Of a stretch of 64,000 nucleotides of DNA, positions 18,806 through 30,003 are shown piece after piece. A model generated the notes under the pieces. It had not been told where the DNA came from, ran no database searches, and was given only the letters and a program-made list of their open reading frames with translations. Positions within the stretch are counted from its first letter, which is position 1. Each line of letters begins with the position of its first letter. The position numbers and the translations under genes are program-made. This DNA comes from Planctomycetia bacterium. Lineage in GTDB: Bacteria > Planctomycetota > Planctomycetia > Pirellulales > Thermoguttaceae. The stretch lies in assembly GCA_030539295.1 (NCBI GenBank), contig JAUNSJ010000001.1, positions 1-64,000 on the forward strand. The letters run 5' to 3'.

Positions 18806-20437
18806 ATGAAGACAATAACCACATCCTGTGTAATAATATTATTATTTGTTACAATTGAATCAACCCTTGGGTTGGACCGAGACGCGGAACGTATGGCCAT
18901 AAAATCGGGATTCGTGAAAGCGGTCGCGGTTGCGGCGCCTTCTGTTGTCAGTATACAAGGGGAGAAACAGTACGACGCTGGGGAATCTCCGCGCACCTCT
19001 TCTCCCGGGCGAACCGACCAAGGGAGTTTGAATAAAGATGGAGTTACTCATATTGGTATGGGGACCGGCGTAGTCATCGACGAACGGGGGTATATTGTTA
19101 CGAACTATCATGTCGTTAAAGGTCTGCTCAAGATTCAAATAACGACGCATGACGGGACCATCTATCGCGATGTTGAATTCATACGCAATGATCTCAAAAC
19201 GGACTTGGCATTAATCAAGATCAATCCGGAGAAACCGCTCAAGAAGATCCGCATGGGCAAGCTTCGGGAAGTGGAACTGGCGGAAGACGTTATTGCCATA
19301 GGTAACCCCTTTGGATATCAAGCGTCGATTTCCCGAGGGATTGTCAGCGGCTTGCATCGTCCGCTTAAGGCAAGTGAGACGCTCTCTTACGACGACGTCA
19401 TTCAGACGGACGCGGCAATCAATCCTGGGAATTCGGGGGGGCCGCTCATCAATATCAATGGTGAGATGATCGGACTGAACGCCGCTGTTCGGGAGGGAGC
19501 GGAAAATATAGCCTTTGCCATACCGGTCGATATTGTTGCCGAAACGGTGGAAGAGATGATATCGCGGTCCGTGGCCAAGATGAAGCATCACGGTCTGAAA
19601 TTCGCTACCCTGGAGCCAGGCGAAGAGGGATATCCGGCAGAAGGCGACGGTTTCGACTGTGTGCGAGTTGAGTCGGTTGTCGCGGGCAGCCCCGCGGAGA
19701 GTGCCGGACTTGTGCCCGGCGATATCGTCCTGAACTCGAATGGTCTGGATATTCATTCATCACTGGACTTCACGTGTTCTCTCATTAACGTAACGGTCAT
19801 GGACAGCGTGAAGATGCGGATTTTACGTTCGGGCCAGGAGGAAGATGCGGTACTGGCCTTCGCGGGGACAGGGCAAGGAGAGAATGCTCTTGTCGCGTTC
19901 AAGGCAAATCGTCCGGAGACGAAAGAATCCGGGGAAGTCGTATCCGACGCGGGTTTCCAGCTCGCACAAAGCGCGCCGTCTTATGCCGCCGATGACTCGC
20001 ACGACAACACAACTCATAACGAAGCGGGAACAGCCATATCCCAAACGAACGTCAATCCGCGTGCCATTGAGGTCCGAACACGATTTGGTGTTGAAGTCTC
20101 GCCTGTTAGTGCCGAGGAATATAAACAGCTTTATCCGCACCTGACCGTCGTCTCGCTGGGTGAGTCCAAGATCTATCCGGCCGGTGGTGTTAAAGTGACC
20201 GATATTGACCCGGCCAGTATTTTTCAGGTCAAGAGTGAAAAGATTCGCGTGGATGACCTAATTTTCGGAATCGTCGTGGGCGATAAACCGGAAAACCGCT
20301 GGGGCATAACTTCTTGTGACGACCTCTATTATGTGGCCGATCGGTGGGAGGACTTTATCGCCGAAGGGAATACATCGCTACGCGTTTATCTCATTCGAGG
20401 CGAGACTCCCTACTTTCTGGACGTCGAACTTAAGTAG
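18806..20437 (+). CDS. HtrA/DegP-family (S1C) trypsin-like serine protease with a PDZ domain and an extended C-terminus.
   Basis: Catalytic triad context: GTGVVIDERGYIVTNYHVV (His), DLALIKI (Asp), GNSGGPL (Ser). PDZ-like VESVVAGSPAESAGLVPGDIVLNSNG. N-terminal signal peptide. Confidence 0.85.
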   Translation: MKTITTSCVIILLFVTIESTLGLDRDAERMAIKSGFVKAVAVAAPSVVSIQGEKQYDAGESPRTSSPGRTDQGSLNKDGVTHIGMGTGVVIDERGYIVTNYHVVKGLLKIQITTHDGTIYRDVEFIRNDLKTDLALIKINPEKPLKKIRMGKLREVELAEDVIAIGNPFGYQASISRGIVSGLHRPLKASETLSYDDVIQTDAAINPGNSGGPLININGEMIGLNAAVREGAENIAFAIPVDIVAETVEEMISRSVAKMKHHGLKFATLEPGEEGYPAEGDGFDCVRVESVVAGSPAESAGLVPGDIVLNSNGLDIHSSLDFTCSLINVTVMDSVKMRILRSGQEEDAVLAFAGTGQGENALVAFKANRPETKESGEVVSDAGFQLAQSAPSYAADDSHDNTTHNEAGTAISQTNVNPRAIEVRTRFGVEVSPVSAEEYKQLYPHLTVVSLGESKIYPAGGVKVTDIDPASIFQVKSEKIRVDDLIFGIVVGDKPENRWGITSCDDLYYVADRWEDFIAEGNTSLRVYLIRGETPYFLDVELK

Positions 20438-20463
20438 ACCGTTTCATGTAACGGACAGGTGCT

Positions 20464-22542
20464 TTATATAATGGAACCTTCCATCTCCCAAAGTGAGGCG
20501 TAAAAGGGGGATGTTTTCAGAAGCTCGTCGTGCGTACCAATACCTTCCACGACGCCGTCCTGCATGGCGATTATGCGGTCAGCCAGTCGGATGGCGGTCA
20601 GTCGATGTGTAACGATAATTGTGGTCCGGTTCCCGACGAAATCGCGAATGGCATCGTGAATGTATTGCTCGCTCCGGATATCAATTTGACTGGTCGCCTC
20701 GTCAAGTAAGAGGATCCGAGGGTCTTTCAGAATGGCGCGTGCCAAGGCAATTCGCTGGCGCTGGCCGCCGGAAAGCTGACCGCCGCCTGGCCCCACATTC
20801 GTTTCGTATCCCTGGGCCAAATCTTCCATAATAAAGTCGTGGGCATAGGCTTTTCGCGCCGCGTCAATGACCTGTTCCCGAGTCGCGTTCGGCACGCCGT
20901 AACGAATATTTTCAAAGACGGTATCGTTAAACAGGGCGGTCTCCTGTGTTACCAGACCGATCTGGTCTCGAATTTCCCGCATAGCAAGTTCAGGGAGCGG
21001 TATGCCGTCCATAAGAACGCGTCCTTCAGTCGGGTCGTAAAATCGCGGGATGAGATTGAGAAGAGTGCTCTTTCCGCAGCCACTGGGTCCGACAATGGCG
21101 ATCGTCTCACCGAATTTAAACTCGAGTGAAATATCTTTCAGGACGACTCGCTCTTTACCTTGCGTCACTGACTGAGAGGAAATGCGTGACTTCTTTCGCC
21201 ACAGGGAGGAGAAATGCCAGCGTTCTCGATCCGGGACAACGCCGCCCGGCTCATATTTCATATAGCTGTAGCTGACATGGTCGTACACGAGAGACTGGGA
21301 GAATTTGCCCAAGGTCTTCGGATGCTCCGGGTCTTTCACCGGCACTTCCCGGTCAATCATTTCATAGACCCGGTCGGCGGCGGCCACGGCACTTTGAATC
21401 TGAATAAAGAAATCGGACAGACGTCGGGCCGGATCCGCGGCACCGATTAAAAAGCCGTAGAAGAGAATCAGTGAGCCGAGGTCCAGAGGACGCGACGCCA
21501 TGGGTATGCCAAAAATCGTTGTCTTTTCATACATAACAAGATATGCGCCCACCAGGACGGCGGCGATCATCATAATCGTCCCCAAACACTCCGTGAGCGG
21601 ACTGGTAAGCGACCCGTATTTCGCGCTCTTCATACCGCGACGATAGACCGCCCTGTTCGTGTCGGAAAATTTCTTTTGCTCATAATCCTCGCGATTGAAA
21701 GCCTTTACAACGCGAATCGACCGGAACGTCTCGTCGATTCGGCTGTACATATTCACCATTTCTATCATGGAATTGCGTACGACCCGCTTTAAGGTCATGG
21801 CCATCCAGCGGATAAGAATCGCGACCAAAGGCAGAAAGAGACAGGTGAACAGGAACAGCTGCCAGCTGACAATGATCGCACCCACAATACAGGCCAGCAT
21901 TTTCATCGGCTCTCGCACCAGCTTGCCGTAGAAGAGCGAAAGCCCGTTTGACAAGGATCCCATATCGCCGGTAAAGCGGGACATGGCGTCAGAAACGCCG
22001 CGACTATTGAAGTGATTCACTTCATAATTAAGCAACTTTTCAAAAAAGACTTCCCGCAATTCGAGGGACCCCAGCTGACCGATTCGGCTTGACAAAAGTC
22101 CGTGACAAAAGGCAAAGACGCTCTTAATTAAGGTCCCGGCAACGACAAACATCATTAAATAGACGACTGTCATGAACGGGTCCGAGGGGGCATAGCGATC
22201 GACATAAGGCTTCGCCCAATGGCACCACTGAAGGACTTTTTCGGCTTGAATTCTTTTCAGCTCCACGGTTCGCGCGTCCTGCTGAACGCTCACCGCCGCC
22301 CCTGTGGCATCCTTACCTTCGAGAATATTTTCGCTCTCCTGCACCTTCTTGTCCAACCATTGACCAACTGTTTCCCCTTGAAACGAGATTTGTACCAGGG
22401 GATAGACCGCGGTTATATTACCACCCCAGCATAACGCCAGGCAAATTGCACAAAATAGCGAAAGAAAAATCGTCAGTTTATGTCGAAAGGTGACCTTTAG
22501 GGCGCGTAACAAATTTGTCATGTGGTTCGTCTCGTGATGCAA
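20464..22542 (-). CDS. ABC exporter with fused permease and ATPase (MsbA/type I exporter-like).
   Basis: N-terminal 6-TM domain. C-terminal Walker A GPSGCGKST, signature LSGGQRQRIALARA, Walker B ILLLDEATS. Confidence 0.85.
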   Translation of the reverse strand: MHHETNHMTNLLRALKVTFRHKLTIFLSLFCAICLALCWGGNITAVYPLVQISFQGETVGQWLDKKVQESENILEGKDATGAAVSVQQDARTVELKRIQAEKVLQWCHWAKPYVDRYAPSDPFMTVVYLMMFVVAGTLIKSVFAFCHGLLSSRIGQLGSLELREVFFEKLLNYEVNHFNSRGVSDAMSRFTGDMGSLSNGLSLFYGKLVREPMKMLACIVGAIIVSWQLFLFTCLFLPLVAILIRWMAMTLKRVVRNSMIEMVNMYSRIDETFRSIRVVKAFNREDYEQKKFSDTNRAVYRRGMKSAKYGSLTSPLTECLGTIMMIAAVLVGAYLVMYEKTTIFGIPMASRPLDLGSLILFYGFLIGAADPARRLSDFFIQIQSAVAAADRVYEMIDREVPVKDPEHPKTLGKFSQSLVYDHVSYSYMKYEPGGVVPDRERWHFSSLWRKKSRISSQSVTQGKERVVLKDISLEFKFGETIAIVGPSGCGKSTLLNLIPRFYDPTEGRVLMDGIPLPELAMREIRDQIGLVTQETALFNDTVFENIRYGVPNATREQVIDAARKAYAHDFIMEDLAQGYETNVGPGGGQLSGGQRQRIALARAILKDPRILLLDEATSQIDIRSEQYIHDAIRDFVGNRTTIIVTHRLTAIRLADRIIAMQDGVVEGIGTHDELLKTSPFYASLWEMEGSII

Positions 22543-22887
22543 AAATTCTCAAAAAAGCTCGCGGTTATTGAAACCTCCAACCCATATCACAAGCACCAAA
22601 GGCGAATCTCTTGGGAAGACTTTTGCCTCGTGATGCCTGTCACGGCGGTCCGACCAGCTCGTTTGACAACCTCTTTATTGTAAGGTGGTTAAAATACGCA
22701 TAGCAGGGAACGTTATGCAGCCAGTTCAGTCGCATAAGTAGTCCCCACGGATAAAACATTTCGCCTATTATACCAATTTTCCCGAGATGAGGAAAGGTCA
22801 CTTTTTTAGCGGTCAGACTCGCAAAAGACGATTAAAAACGTCATTAGAAATAGATTGTGTAACGCAAAAAACAGAACCACAAGCGTT

Positions 22888-22947
22888 AAAAGACAATCAC
22901 CGCGTTTCTTAACATCTGAAATGCTGAAAAATGCGGTGACTGTCTTT
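22888..22947 (-). terminator. Long imperfect hairpin (14-bp stem, ~30-nt loop) followed on the minus strand by TTTT. A possible terminator for the DUF386 gene.
   Basis: AAGACAaTCACCGC ... GCGGTGAcTGTCTT is read directly. The long loop makes it atypical for an intrinsic terminator. Confidence 0.25.
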
Positions 22948-23000
22948 TAAGTGTTAGGGAAAGGCCCCGGCAGACGTCGTGTGTGCCGGATGGGGAAGAA

Positions 23001-23612
23001 TTATTCTTCGATCAGGCATTTCACGACGAGCTTAACGACTTTACATGGTTCGCCCAGCGCCAGACTCGGAGCGTGCACGTCGTTAGGGGCGAAAATGGCC
23101 AGGTCGCCCGCGTGAACTTCCAGACGGCCAGCTGTCTTTGCGCCGGTCTTGAGGAACGGCATGGCGGAAACCGAATAGAAGGCAGCCTCCTTTTCCGGGT
23201 CATATTCCATCGTGACGGGAATTTCATCGGTCAGCGGAATGACGCCAATGAGTTCCTCGCCTTCGAGCACGAACTGTATGTCGATGTATTTCCGGTGCGA
23301 CTCCAGTACCGTTTCATCGCTTACCGGACTCGTTGTGTACTCCATCTTGTTGACGTAAACCTTGTCGCCGTCGATATCAGTGCGTCCCAAGGGGAGCGCG
23401 GCCAAGTCGGTCTTCTTAAGGAAATCGATACCCTTACGAACCGTTTCCGGATAGGCGGCCAATTTTGGACATTCGAGCGAAGTTTTTTCAAGAGAAGCGA
23501 AATAGGCCGGTTTCTCCCGTGCCGATTCTTTTTGACGCGAGCAGCAAGTCGTCTGCCCAAACGCTGTCTGCATCATGGAAAGGCCCAAAATAATAAAGAG
23601 TGTTTTGTACAT
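23001..23612 (-). CDS. Secreted YhcH/YjgK/YiaL (DUF386, EbgC/NanQ-like) family protein.
   Basis: Signal peptide MYKTLFIILGLSMMQTAFG. Conserved ESHRKYIDIQFVLEGEE and GDLAIFAPNDVHAP blocks typical of DUF386 cupin-like sugar-related proteins. Confidence 0.6.
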   Translation of the reverse strand: MYKTLFIILGLSMMQTAFGQTTCCSRQKESAREKPAYFASLEKTSLECPKLAAYPETVRKGIDFLKKTDLAALPLGRTDIDGDKVYVNKMEYTTSPVSDETVLESHRKYIDIQFVLEGEELIGVIPLTDEIPVTMEYDPEKEAAFYSVSAMPFLKTGAKTAGRLEVHAGDLAIFAPNDVHAPSLALGEPCKVVKLVVKCLIEE

Positions 23613-23746
23613 ACTTGTGTTCCTCTGTCTTGGTTCGTGAACTCGGAGGGATAACGGCGCCGCGTTTCACCTTGAAAAACGGCTTAATAACCGAAATCCT
23701 TCCACATTTCTCTATTTTACACGCTTTTCCCTTTCGTGTCAACACC

Positions 23747-26170
23747 CTAAGGAATGGGATAAAATTCTTCGGTGTATTGAACGGTGCGAACGCGAAGCGA
23801 GGAGGACCAAGGTTCCGCGGCACGTAATGTAACCGTATAAGTTCCCTCCGGCAGTACAGTTACATTACCGACAACGTTTGAATACGAGCCACCGGTCAAC
23901 GGCAGACCGAACTGGGCCAGCGGTTCTCCCGGACGATAAAACGCGTATTGCCCGGACGAAAGTATGGCCTCGGATTCCAGAAGGTTGCCTTCGACTTCCA
24001 GAGAAGGCCGCGTAAGAGCCGGACCTTGTCCCGCTTCATAGTCGCCATTCACCTGAACATCGAAACCAATAGCGGTATTGGGTGTTTTAACCACCAGTTC
24101 GAAGGCGAATTCGTTCGTGTTCGACGCCGGTACGTCCTGCCAAAGGTCGTAGATTATGCGTTGGAATCCTCTTTGCCCCGCTTTTTCCGTCAGATGAAAA
24201 TCGCGTCGGTAATCCAACAACGCGTTTCTTTCCTCTTCTGTCTTCTTATGGAAAAGAACCGGGTCGATCCGCATGCGGTCACGCATCTCCTGAGACACAA
24301 CGCCGCTGACCCGAAGCTCATCATACTGCTTAATCATATCGAGAATTTCTCCGGTAAACGGATGAGCGTGGGCCGCGTCGACCGACATCTGAAGCGACAT
24401 GGAGGAATCGTAAGCGATCGTCTTATTCAATATATATTCATACATATCCGGCGTTGCCCTCTTGTCGTAGGCGTAATACCAGCCAATATCGAGCGGGAGA
24501 TGATTCAGTTTAAAATAGTCGAAACTGCCACTTCGCTCTTCCAGATAGGCACGCAGGTCGTCGTGGCCATCGGCCGAGGCGTTGCGAGCCATGAGGTGCC
24601 AGGCCCATGGGGTTGTACTACTCCCCTGATAGAGAATATCCTTATTCGTAATGCGATCGGCAAATGTTTTTTGCAGCAGGGCACTGTAATACCACCAATC
24701 GTCGGCATCTTCCGGTCGCTGAAGCAGCTCGGAGCCATCGAAATAGATCATTTGGGCGTCGACTTCGTTCGCCGTTCGGGCAAGAGCGTCGGCCACCTCT
24801 CCGGAAAGAGAAGAATTCAGGTCGTGCATGAAATAGCCATAAGCGCGAACGAGATGGTCAATGGGTGTTTGCGCGGTGTGGGGCGAGGCGGCCGTGCCGT
24901 ACTGCCCCCGGCGACAGCCGCTAAACCCGTACGGTTCCTCCAGAGAGACCGACTCGTAAAGTATCAATTCATCGTCAATCCAAAGCGTACGTCCGGCGTC
25001 CATATAAGGGTTTGTCTCTTCGGTGGGGAATCCGGTCGGTGCGGTTGCGGTCGGAATGAAGTCGGCGTCGACAGTAATCTCTTGCGCAAGCGGAATTTGC
25101 GCACCTTTAACCAGACGTTTATCGGGAACAGGCGTCAGCCACGAGTCGTTCACGTCGATGGATGCCCCCAGGAAATGCAGTCCCGATTTTATGCCGTGGT
25201 CGCGAAATTTGTTCATAACCCGCTTAAGACTGGCCACACCATCGGGATAGTATTCCGTGTTGACCTCGTAGTGGCCGTGTGATTTCGCCCAGGTACAAAG
25301 CAGCAGAATCATTTTAAAGCCGCCTCGTTCCGCCAGAGCCAAGGCATCGTCAAATTGCGACTCCTTGAAATATGTCAAAAAGAAGTAGGATTGTCGTATT
25401 TCCGGTGAAATTTTATTCCAAACGCCACCTAATTTCGGGGACGGCAGACCGGCCGCCTCTTCCATGAGCGGGACAACCCGTTCCCAATCCGAAGTCGTCG
25501 AAATGACCAGAGCGGCCGTGGCGGGAGCGAGGCCATGTCGAGCCACCGTATCCAAGGCAAGGACAGGAAATTCCGGGGTCCCGCCCGTTGTTCGACCACG
25601 AACATGAACATTCACGGTCGCCGGCATGACCGAGACGATCTTTTCGTCGGTTTCGATTGTATTGATGAGAGGCGCGTATTCCGCCTCGGCAGGGACCGGT
25701 ATCTGAAGTACAACTGCTTTCGATATATCCTGTTGCGACTCCAGCTTTTGCAGATGAAACAGCAGAAAACTGTCGCCAAGCGTAACCTTGTATTCCGCAA
25801 TGGAGCCATCGCTATACGTCACAACGAGCTGATTCTCCTCCTGGCATTCAACTTTGGCGGGAAGAAGAACCGTACCGTCTGTCAATTCCAGCTGGAATGC
25901 GGGCAAGTCGCCTCCGGGCCAGGCGGTACCGTCGGCAAAGGTCACGGTCGGTATCCCCTGCCCTGTCATGGAGACCGTAGCACCGCCCAGCGACCAGCTT
26001 ATCGAATCTCCCGCGAGAACGCAATTACAGGCAGCGGTTAATAAAACGACAAAAGCCGTCGTAAAACAGAGCGATTTCTTTACGAAGCCGCCTTTTGCAA
26101 AGCAGGACTGAACTTTTGAACACCCGCTAACCTTGGTGTGGCAACAGGTTGAGATCTGAACTTGAGTCAT
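23747..26170 (-). CDS. Large secreted protein, putative glycoside hydrolase-like (TIM-barrel-type). Family not assigned.
   Basis: Signal peptide after the Met at 26170 (KKSLCFTTAFVVLLTAACNCVLAG). ~800 aa with aromatic/acid-rich blocks typical of CAZymes. Adjacent to other secreted carbohydrate-active genes. No family-diagnostic motif recognised. Confidence 0.4.
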   Translation of the reverse strand: MTQVQISTCCHTKVSGCSKVQSCFAKGGFVKKSLCFTTAFVVLLTAACNCVLAGDSISWSLGGATVSMTGQGIPTVTFADGTAWPGGDLPAFQLELTDGTVLLPAKVECQEENQLVVTYSDGSIAEYKVTLGDSFLLFHLQKLESQQDISKAVVLQIPVPAEAEYAPLINTIETDEKIVSVMPATVNVHVRGRTTGGTPEFPVLALDTVARHGLAPATAALVISTTSDWERVVPLMEEAAGLPSPKLGGVWNKISPEIRQSYFFLTYFKESQFDDALALAERGGFKMILLLCTWAKSHGHYEVNTEYYPDGVASLKRVMNKFRDHGIKSGLHFLGASIDVNDSWLTPVPDKRLVKGAQIPLAQEITVDADFIPTATAPTGFPTEETNPYMDAGRTLWIDDELILYESVSLEEPYGFSGCRRGQYGTAASPHTAQTPIDHLVRAYGYFMHDLNSSLSGEVADALARTANEVDAQMIYFDGSELLQRPEDADDWWYYSALLQKTFADRITNKDILYQGSSTTPWAWHLMARNASADGHDDLRAYLEERSGSFDYFKLNHLPLDIGWYYAYDKRATPDMYEYILNKTIAYDSSMSLQMSVDAAHAHPFTGEILDMIKQYDELRVSGVVSQEMRDRMRIDPVLFHKKTEEERNALLDYRRDFHLTEKAGQRGFQRIIYDLWQDVPASNTNEFAFELVVKTPNTAIGFDVQVNGDYEAGQGPALTRPSLEVEGNLLESEAILSSGQYAFYRPGEPLAQFGLPLTGGSYSNVVGNVTVLPEGTYTVTLRAAEPWSSSLRVRTVQYTEEFYPIP

Positions 26171-26633
26171 TGTTTTCTCCCTTGTGTGTTTCTTTGGCAG
26201 GAAGTCCCGACATCGCGCGGGACCCGAAAATTGGATACCCGCAAGTATACAGGAACCGCAGGGAGGCGTCAATTGCGAAATTTCGTCAAAGAGCTTGGAA
26301 ATTTGCTCAAATGAAGTTGGTTGTCAGGCGTCAGACCACGCCCTCTTCACAGGTCCCACCCCAGTAACGACGAAAACGGGCCCCCAGCACCGCCAAATTG
26401 CAATTGATTCGCCATTTACCCATCATCGCCATTCACCGGCGGCCTGTAAGGGCAACACAGGCCCACAACAAAAGGCAACGTCGCTGATGGACTGTCACTT
26501 CCGGCCGCATTTTACACATTCAAGGCCAATCCGACCTGGCGAGGAAAAAGAATGACGCTGAATAGCTCGCGTATGATGGTTTTCGCGAACCGGAGTATGT
26601 GATTTCATTACTTCCCAAACACTGGAACCTGGG

Positions 26634-28715
26634 TTAGGTATCGCCGCACTTTACAAGGACGATATCCCAAGGAGCCAGCGTCGGTAGAATGAACCGGCGA
26701 TAGGGACCGTCCGCTTCGACCGCTTGAAGTTTTACTTCCCGGGAGTCACGAAAACAGGCAGTCACTACATCGCGTTCCGTGCGAAGAATAATGGAAAGAT
26801 TTTCGGCAGGGTCGAACGTTGTATTAACGATGACAAGACCACCGCTGCCCTGTTCCGATTGCCGAACCCAGAGATGTGCGCGGTGAAACGAGTCGATCCA
26901 GGCGGGAAGTCGGTCGCGGGAGAGCCATCGCATGATTCGCTTGATCTGGTCCGATTTCGGTTTACTGAAAAAATGATTCCACGGATGATAACCGTTAACA
27001 CAGATCCGGCCGCCCAGTGAATTCTCAAAAATACCAAGCGACATTTGCGCCGTAAGGTCACCTTGATAGTCAACGATTGAAGAGAGGATTTCCGTTTTGT
27101 CGTCCGTCTTTTTGAGGGCAATAGCAGGGTCATGCCAAAAGGACTGCCGGCCGTCCCGGTCGCGCCCGGCATTATTAGCGTTGAGCGGATGGTCCGTGTA
27201 ACGTTCAATGGCGTCCACGGCTATGGTGTCCCCGTATTCCATCCCGACCAGGTCCCGCACGTTAAAATGACTGGGAGAATTCAAAAGGCCAATGGTATCG
27301 TTATCGGTATAGACGCCTTGTGAGAGATAGTTAAGAACATCTTCCCGCGTCTCTGTATTGAGGAAATTTCTCGACAATAAAAAGACATGACTCCTACCGG
27401 GGTCGTATGAGAATGGAATACCAATTTCGGCCAGGTCAAGCGCAAGCCAGCGTATGGGGTTCCCTTTGGGATTTTTACCATCGGTCGGTTTCCATGCGGG
27501 GCAGACGCCTTGAGCCGGATTCCGAGCGAGCGTTCGAACCATTTCATCGTAAAACGGCCGCCACTGATACAAGGTGGCCAGAAGAGGCTCGAAGTCGTCC
27601 AACGGTTCGTGATTCATCGTTAAAACATTAAAGGCCGCCCCGGTGCAGCCTGCGGCAATGTGACACGCGGCTTCCAGAGCGGTGATATGTTTGGATTTTT
27701 GCAGTCGTTCGTAGGGGAAATTTTCGATCTCCGATTGAATCACGAAGATGTCAGGTGGTAACATGGCAATCTGGCGACCAATTTCATGTGATTTGGCGGT
27801 CATGCCGCCGCCTCCGGAGATTGGGTCCTGTCGGTAGAAACCGCCCCCGGGACGCCAGTACACAGGCACGGAGTTTTCACCGGCCAGCGTTCTGGCCCAG
27901 CGAGCGAACGCGTAACCTTCTGAATAACGTTCACCTGTCATAAAGCCAAGCGGGAGGCTCGGACGCACTGCGTGTACTGTCTTTTCAATTTCTATAAAAA
28001 TATTATTTATAACTTCATTTGAGAAATCGACTGTTTGCGCACGTATTTCGTATTCCGTTTGACGATGGGCAAGTTCTTCACGTGTCATTTGCCTTTTTGC
28101 GAATGCGTTAAACAATTTCATGCAAGAATCGCAAAAACAGATATCACCCGTACTGTGTCCCACGCGAACATCATCGTCGATCCAGATGTAGTCCGGGTCG
28201 GCTTCGGCAAGAGCCGTATATATTTTATGAATGCGCTGCCGAAACCTGTCATTATTAGGGCACAGGGTCGCCGGACAGGGCAGCCCGGTCGTCAAACCGA
28301 TCCCGCGTTGAAATTCCGGGCCGATCGAATGAGGTAAATCTTCCGGAATCTGACCGATAGTACATAAAATATTAATTCCCGCACGATATCCAAATTCTCG
28401 GCATCGTAACATGCGTTCTCTTAATATTTCGCAACGCCGCACCAATTCATCGTCCGGAATGGGCGTGTGTGTCGTTTGTGTAAAGAATGTGATTTCGTCC
28501 GTAACGCCTTTATATTTTTCAAAAAGTTGCAAAAGTTCCTCAAAACGGACCTCGTCCTGCCACAGGACCGGACTAACGCGAAAAGAAATAGACGCCTTCG
28601 TCAGAACGGGGGCTTCCGCGGAACTCGCTAATACGCAAAATAAAAAAATCGGGACACTAAACAGACTCGAGAGTCGGCTGACAAAGTTCTTCGGCATGGA
28701 GGCATTCCTTATCAT
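26634..28715 (-). CDS. Secreted hypothetical protein (693 aa), possibly carbohydrate-active.
   Basis: N-terminal signal peptide (LSSLFSVPIFLFCVLASSAEA). No recognisable catalytic motif. Genomic context is CAZyme-rich. Confidence 0.4.
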   Translation of the reverse strand: MIRNASMPKNFVSRLSSLFSVPIFLFCVLASSAEAPVLTKASISFRVSPVLWQDEVRFEELLQLFEKYKGVTDEITFFTQTTHTPIPDDELVRRCEILRERMLRCREFGYRAGINILCTIGQIPEDLPHSIGPEFQRGIGLTTGLPCPATLCPNNDRFRQRIHKIYTALAEADPDYIWIDDDVRVGHSTGDICFCDSCMKLFNAFAKRQMTREELAHRQTEYEIRAQTVDFSNEVINNIFIEIEKTVHAVRPSLPLGFMTGERYSEGYAFARWARTLAGENSVPVYWRPGGGFYRQDPISGGGGMTAKSHEIGRQIAMLPPDIFVIQSEIENFPYERLQKSKHITALEAACHIAAGCTGAAFNVLTMNHEPLDDFEPLLATLYQWRPFYDEMVRTLARNPAQGVCPAWKPTDGKNPKGNPIRWLALDLAEIGIPFSYDPGRSHVFLLSRNFLNTETREDVLNYLSQGVYTDNDTIGLLNSPSHFNVRDLVGMEYGDTIAVDAIERYTDHPLNANNAGRDRDGRQSFWHDPAIALKKTDDKTEILSSIVDYQGDLTAQMSLGIFENSLGGRICVNGYHPWNHFFSKPKSDQIKRIMRWLSRDRLPAWIDSFHRAHLWVRQSEQGSGGLVIVNTTFDPAENLSIILRTERDVVTACFRDSREVKLQAVEADGPYRRFILPTLAPWDIVLVKCGDT

Positions 28716-28815
28716 TCAAATGTAAAGTTTCAGGCGGGAAAGAACAGAGATATTATTAACAATAACGAAAGGCGGACCCGACATTTTACGACCGGTCCGC
28801 CTTTGAACATCGCTT

Positions 28816-29970
28816 TTATTCAAGGGGAGGCGCCATGAAATGGAACAGGTCAATCGGCCAACCGGAGAACCCTTCGAAACCTTCCGGTATGGTCTGCTTG
28901 TACTGAAGGTAAACTTTATTGTGACCTTTCAGTTCGTATTGTATGGGAACATCGGCCTCTTCACTAAAGACTTTACACCCCATAAGCGAGCAATCTTCGA
29001 ATGCAACTTTGTATTTTTCGCCGCCGTTGGCACTGCGGATAATCCCGGTACAGGGAGTGCCGCCCGGCTGTGAAAAATTATTAACGATGAGTCGGCAATT
29101 TTTCAGACTGACGTAGGTACATGCGGGGTACGCATCGCAGTTGTTTTCAATGGCATTATCGGGCGAAACGAGAGTGCAATCTTCGAGATAGAAATCGGGG
29201 TATTCCGGCAGGGTTGAATTGAAAGCGCGCAGGAAGGCGGCGCCGGCATCGCCCCAGGTATCGAGAGACGCGGCCCAAGTGCGACGAAAGACCGTAGGTT
29301 CGTCCGGTCTGGCGTGCGGATTCGCCGGATCGTCGGCAGCAAAAGCCACGCCTATACCAAAGGCGCGTCCGATACTAATGCAATCTTCCACGACGACCGT
29401 AAAGGGACCTGTATCGTCCAGACAGTCCCAGAAGAGGCCGGCGTCGCTTCCTGTCACATAGAGTCGTCGCACAATCCAACGATCCCACCCCAAACTGGAG
29501 AAGGTTTCGTCGGTGTGCGAGGTCGTCCACCCCTGCGTATAGGCACGAATGGAACTGTACCAGTCGTAAGACTGATATCCCTTTTCCGGGTCGCTTGAGT
29601 CAAGAACGACCCATCCCACGGCACCGGAGCCGTACTTACCATCGAAGTCACCAACCAGTTCATTATAAGCGTCTTTGGCTCCTTTGTGACTGGGGTACAA
29701 ATTTGCTTCCATATAGGTATCCGGTCGAACAACAATGCGGTATCCACCTTTATCGTCAGGAATGGACAGCAGCGCTTTCTGGACAGACTTATAGGCCGTC
29801 TGCCAGCTCTTACCATCGGAATCGTCGCCCAATTTCGATACGTAAATATTGACTTTTGCCTCGTCGGCACCCATATGCTCGTTCGGGGCAAAAGACTCTT
29901 CGGCAAACGTTGTAAGAGTCGCACTCACGAACAGAGCCAGCGTCGCTAAAAGCAACCATCGTAACTTCAT
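28816..29970 (-). CDS. Secreted right-handed parallel beta-helix (pectin-lyase-fold, DUF1565-like) protein.
   Basis: Signal peptide MKLRWLLLATLALFVSATLTTFA. N-terminal IYVSKLGDDSDGKSWQTAYKSVQKALLSIPDDKGGYRIVVRPDTY matches the 'YVSP.GSD.NDGS...P..TIQ.A.....GDTI.L..GTY' entry motif of beta-helix proteins. Confidence 0.55.
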   Translation of the reverse strand: MKLRWLLLATLALFVSATLTTFAEESFAPNEHMGADEAKVNIYVSKLGDDSDGKSWQTAYKSVQKALLSIPDDKGGYRIVVRPDTYMEANLYPSHKGAKDAYNELVGDFDGKYGSGAVGWVVLDSSDPEKGYQSYDWYSSIRAYTQGWTTSHTDETFSSLGWDRWIVRRLYVTGSDAGLFWDCLDDTGPFTVVVEDCISIGRAFGIGVAFAADDPANPHARPDEPTVFRRTWAASLDTWGDAGAAFLRAFNSTLPEYPDFYLEDCTLVSPDNAIENNCDAYPACTYVSLKNCRLIVNNFSQPGGTPCTGIIRSANGGEKYKVAFEDCSLMGCKVFSEEADVPIQYELKGHNKVYLQYKQTIPEGFEGFSGWPIDLFHFMAPPLE

Positions 29971-30003
29971 AAAAATACACTCCTCATTGCGTTTTTTGTT
30001 AAC

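Noticed and set aside
23948-25282. 444-aa plus-strand ORF.
   Set aside because: Shadow ORF antisense to the 841-aa secreted hydrolase-like gene. No start context. Its composition mirrors the coding strand.
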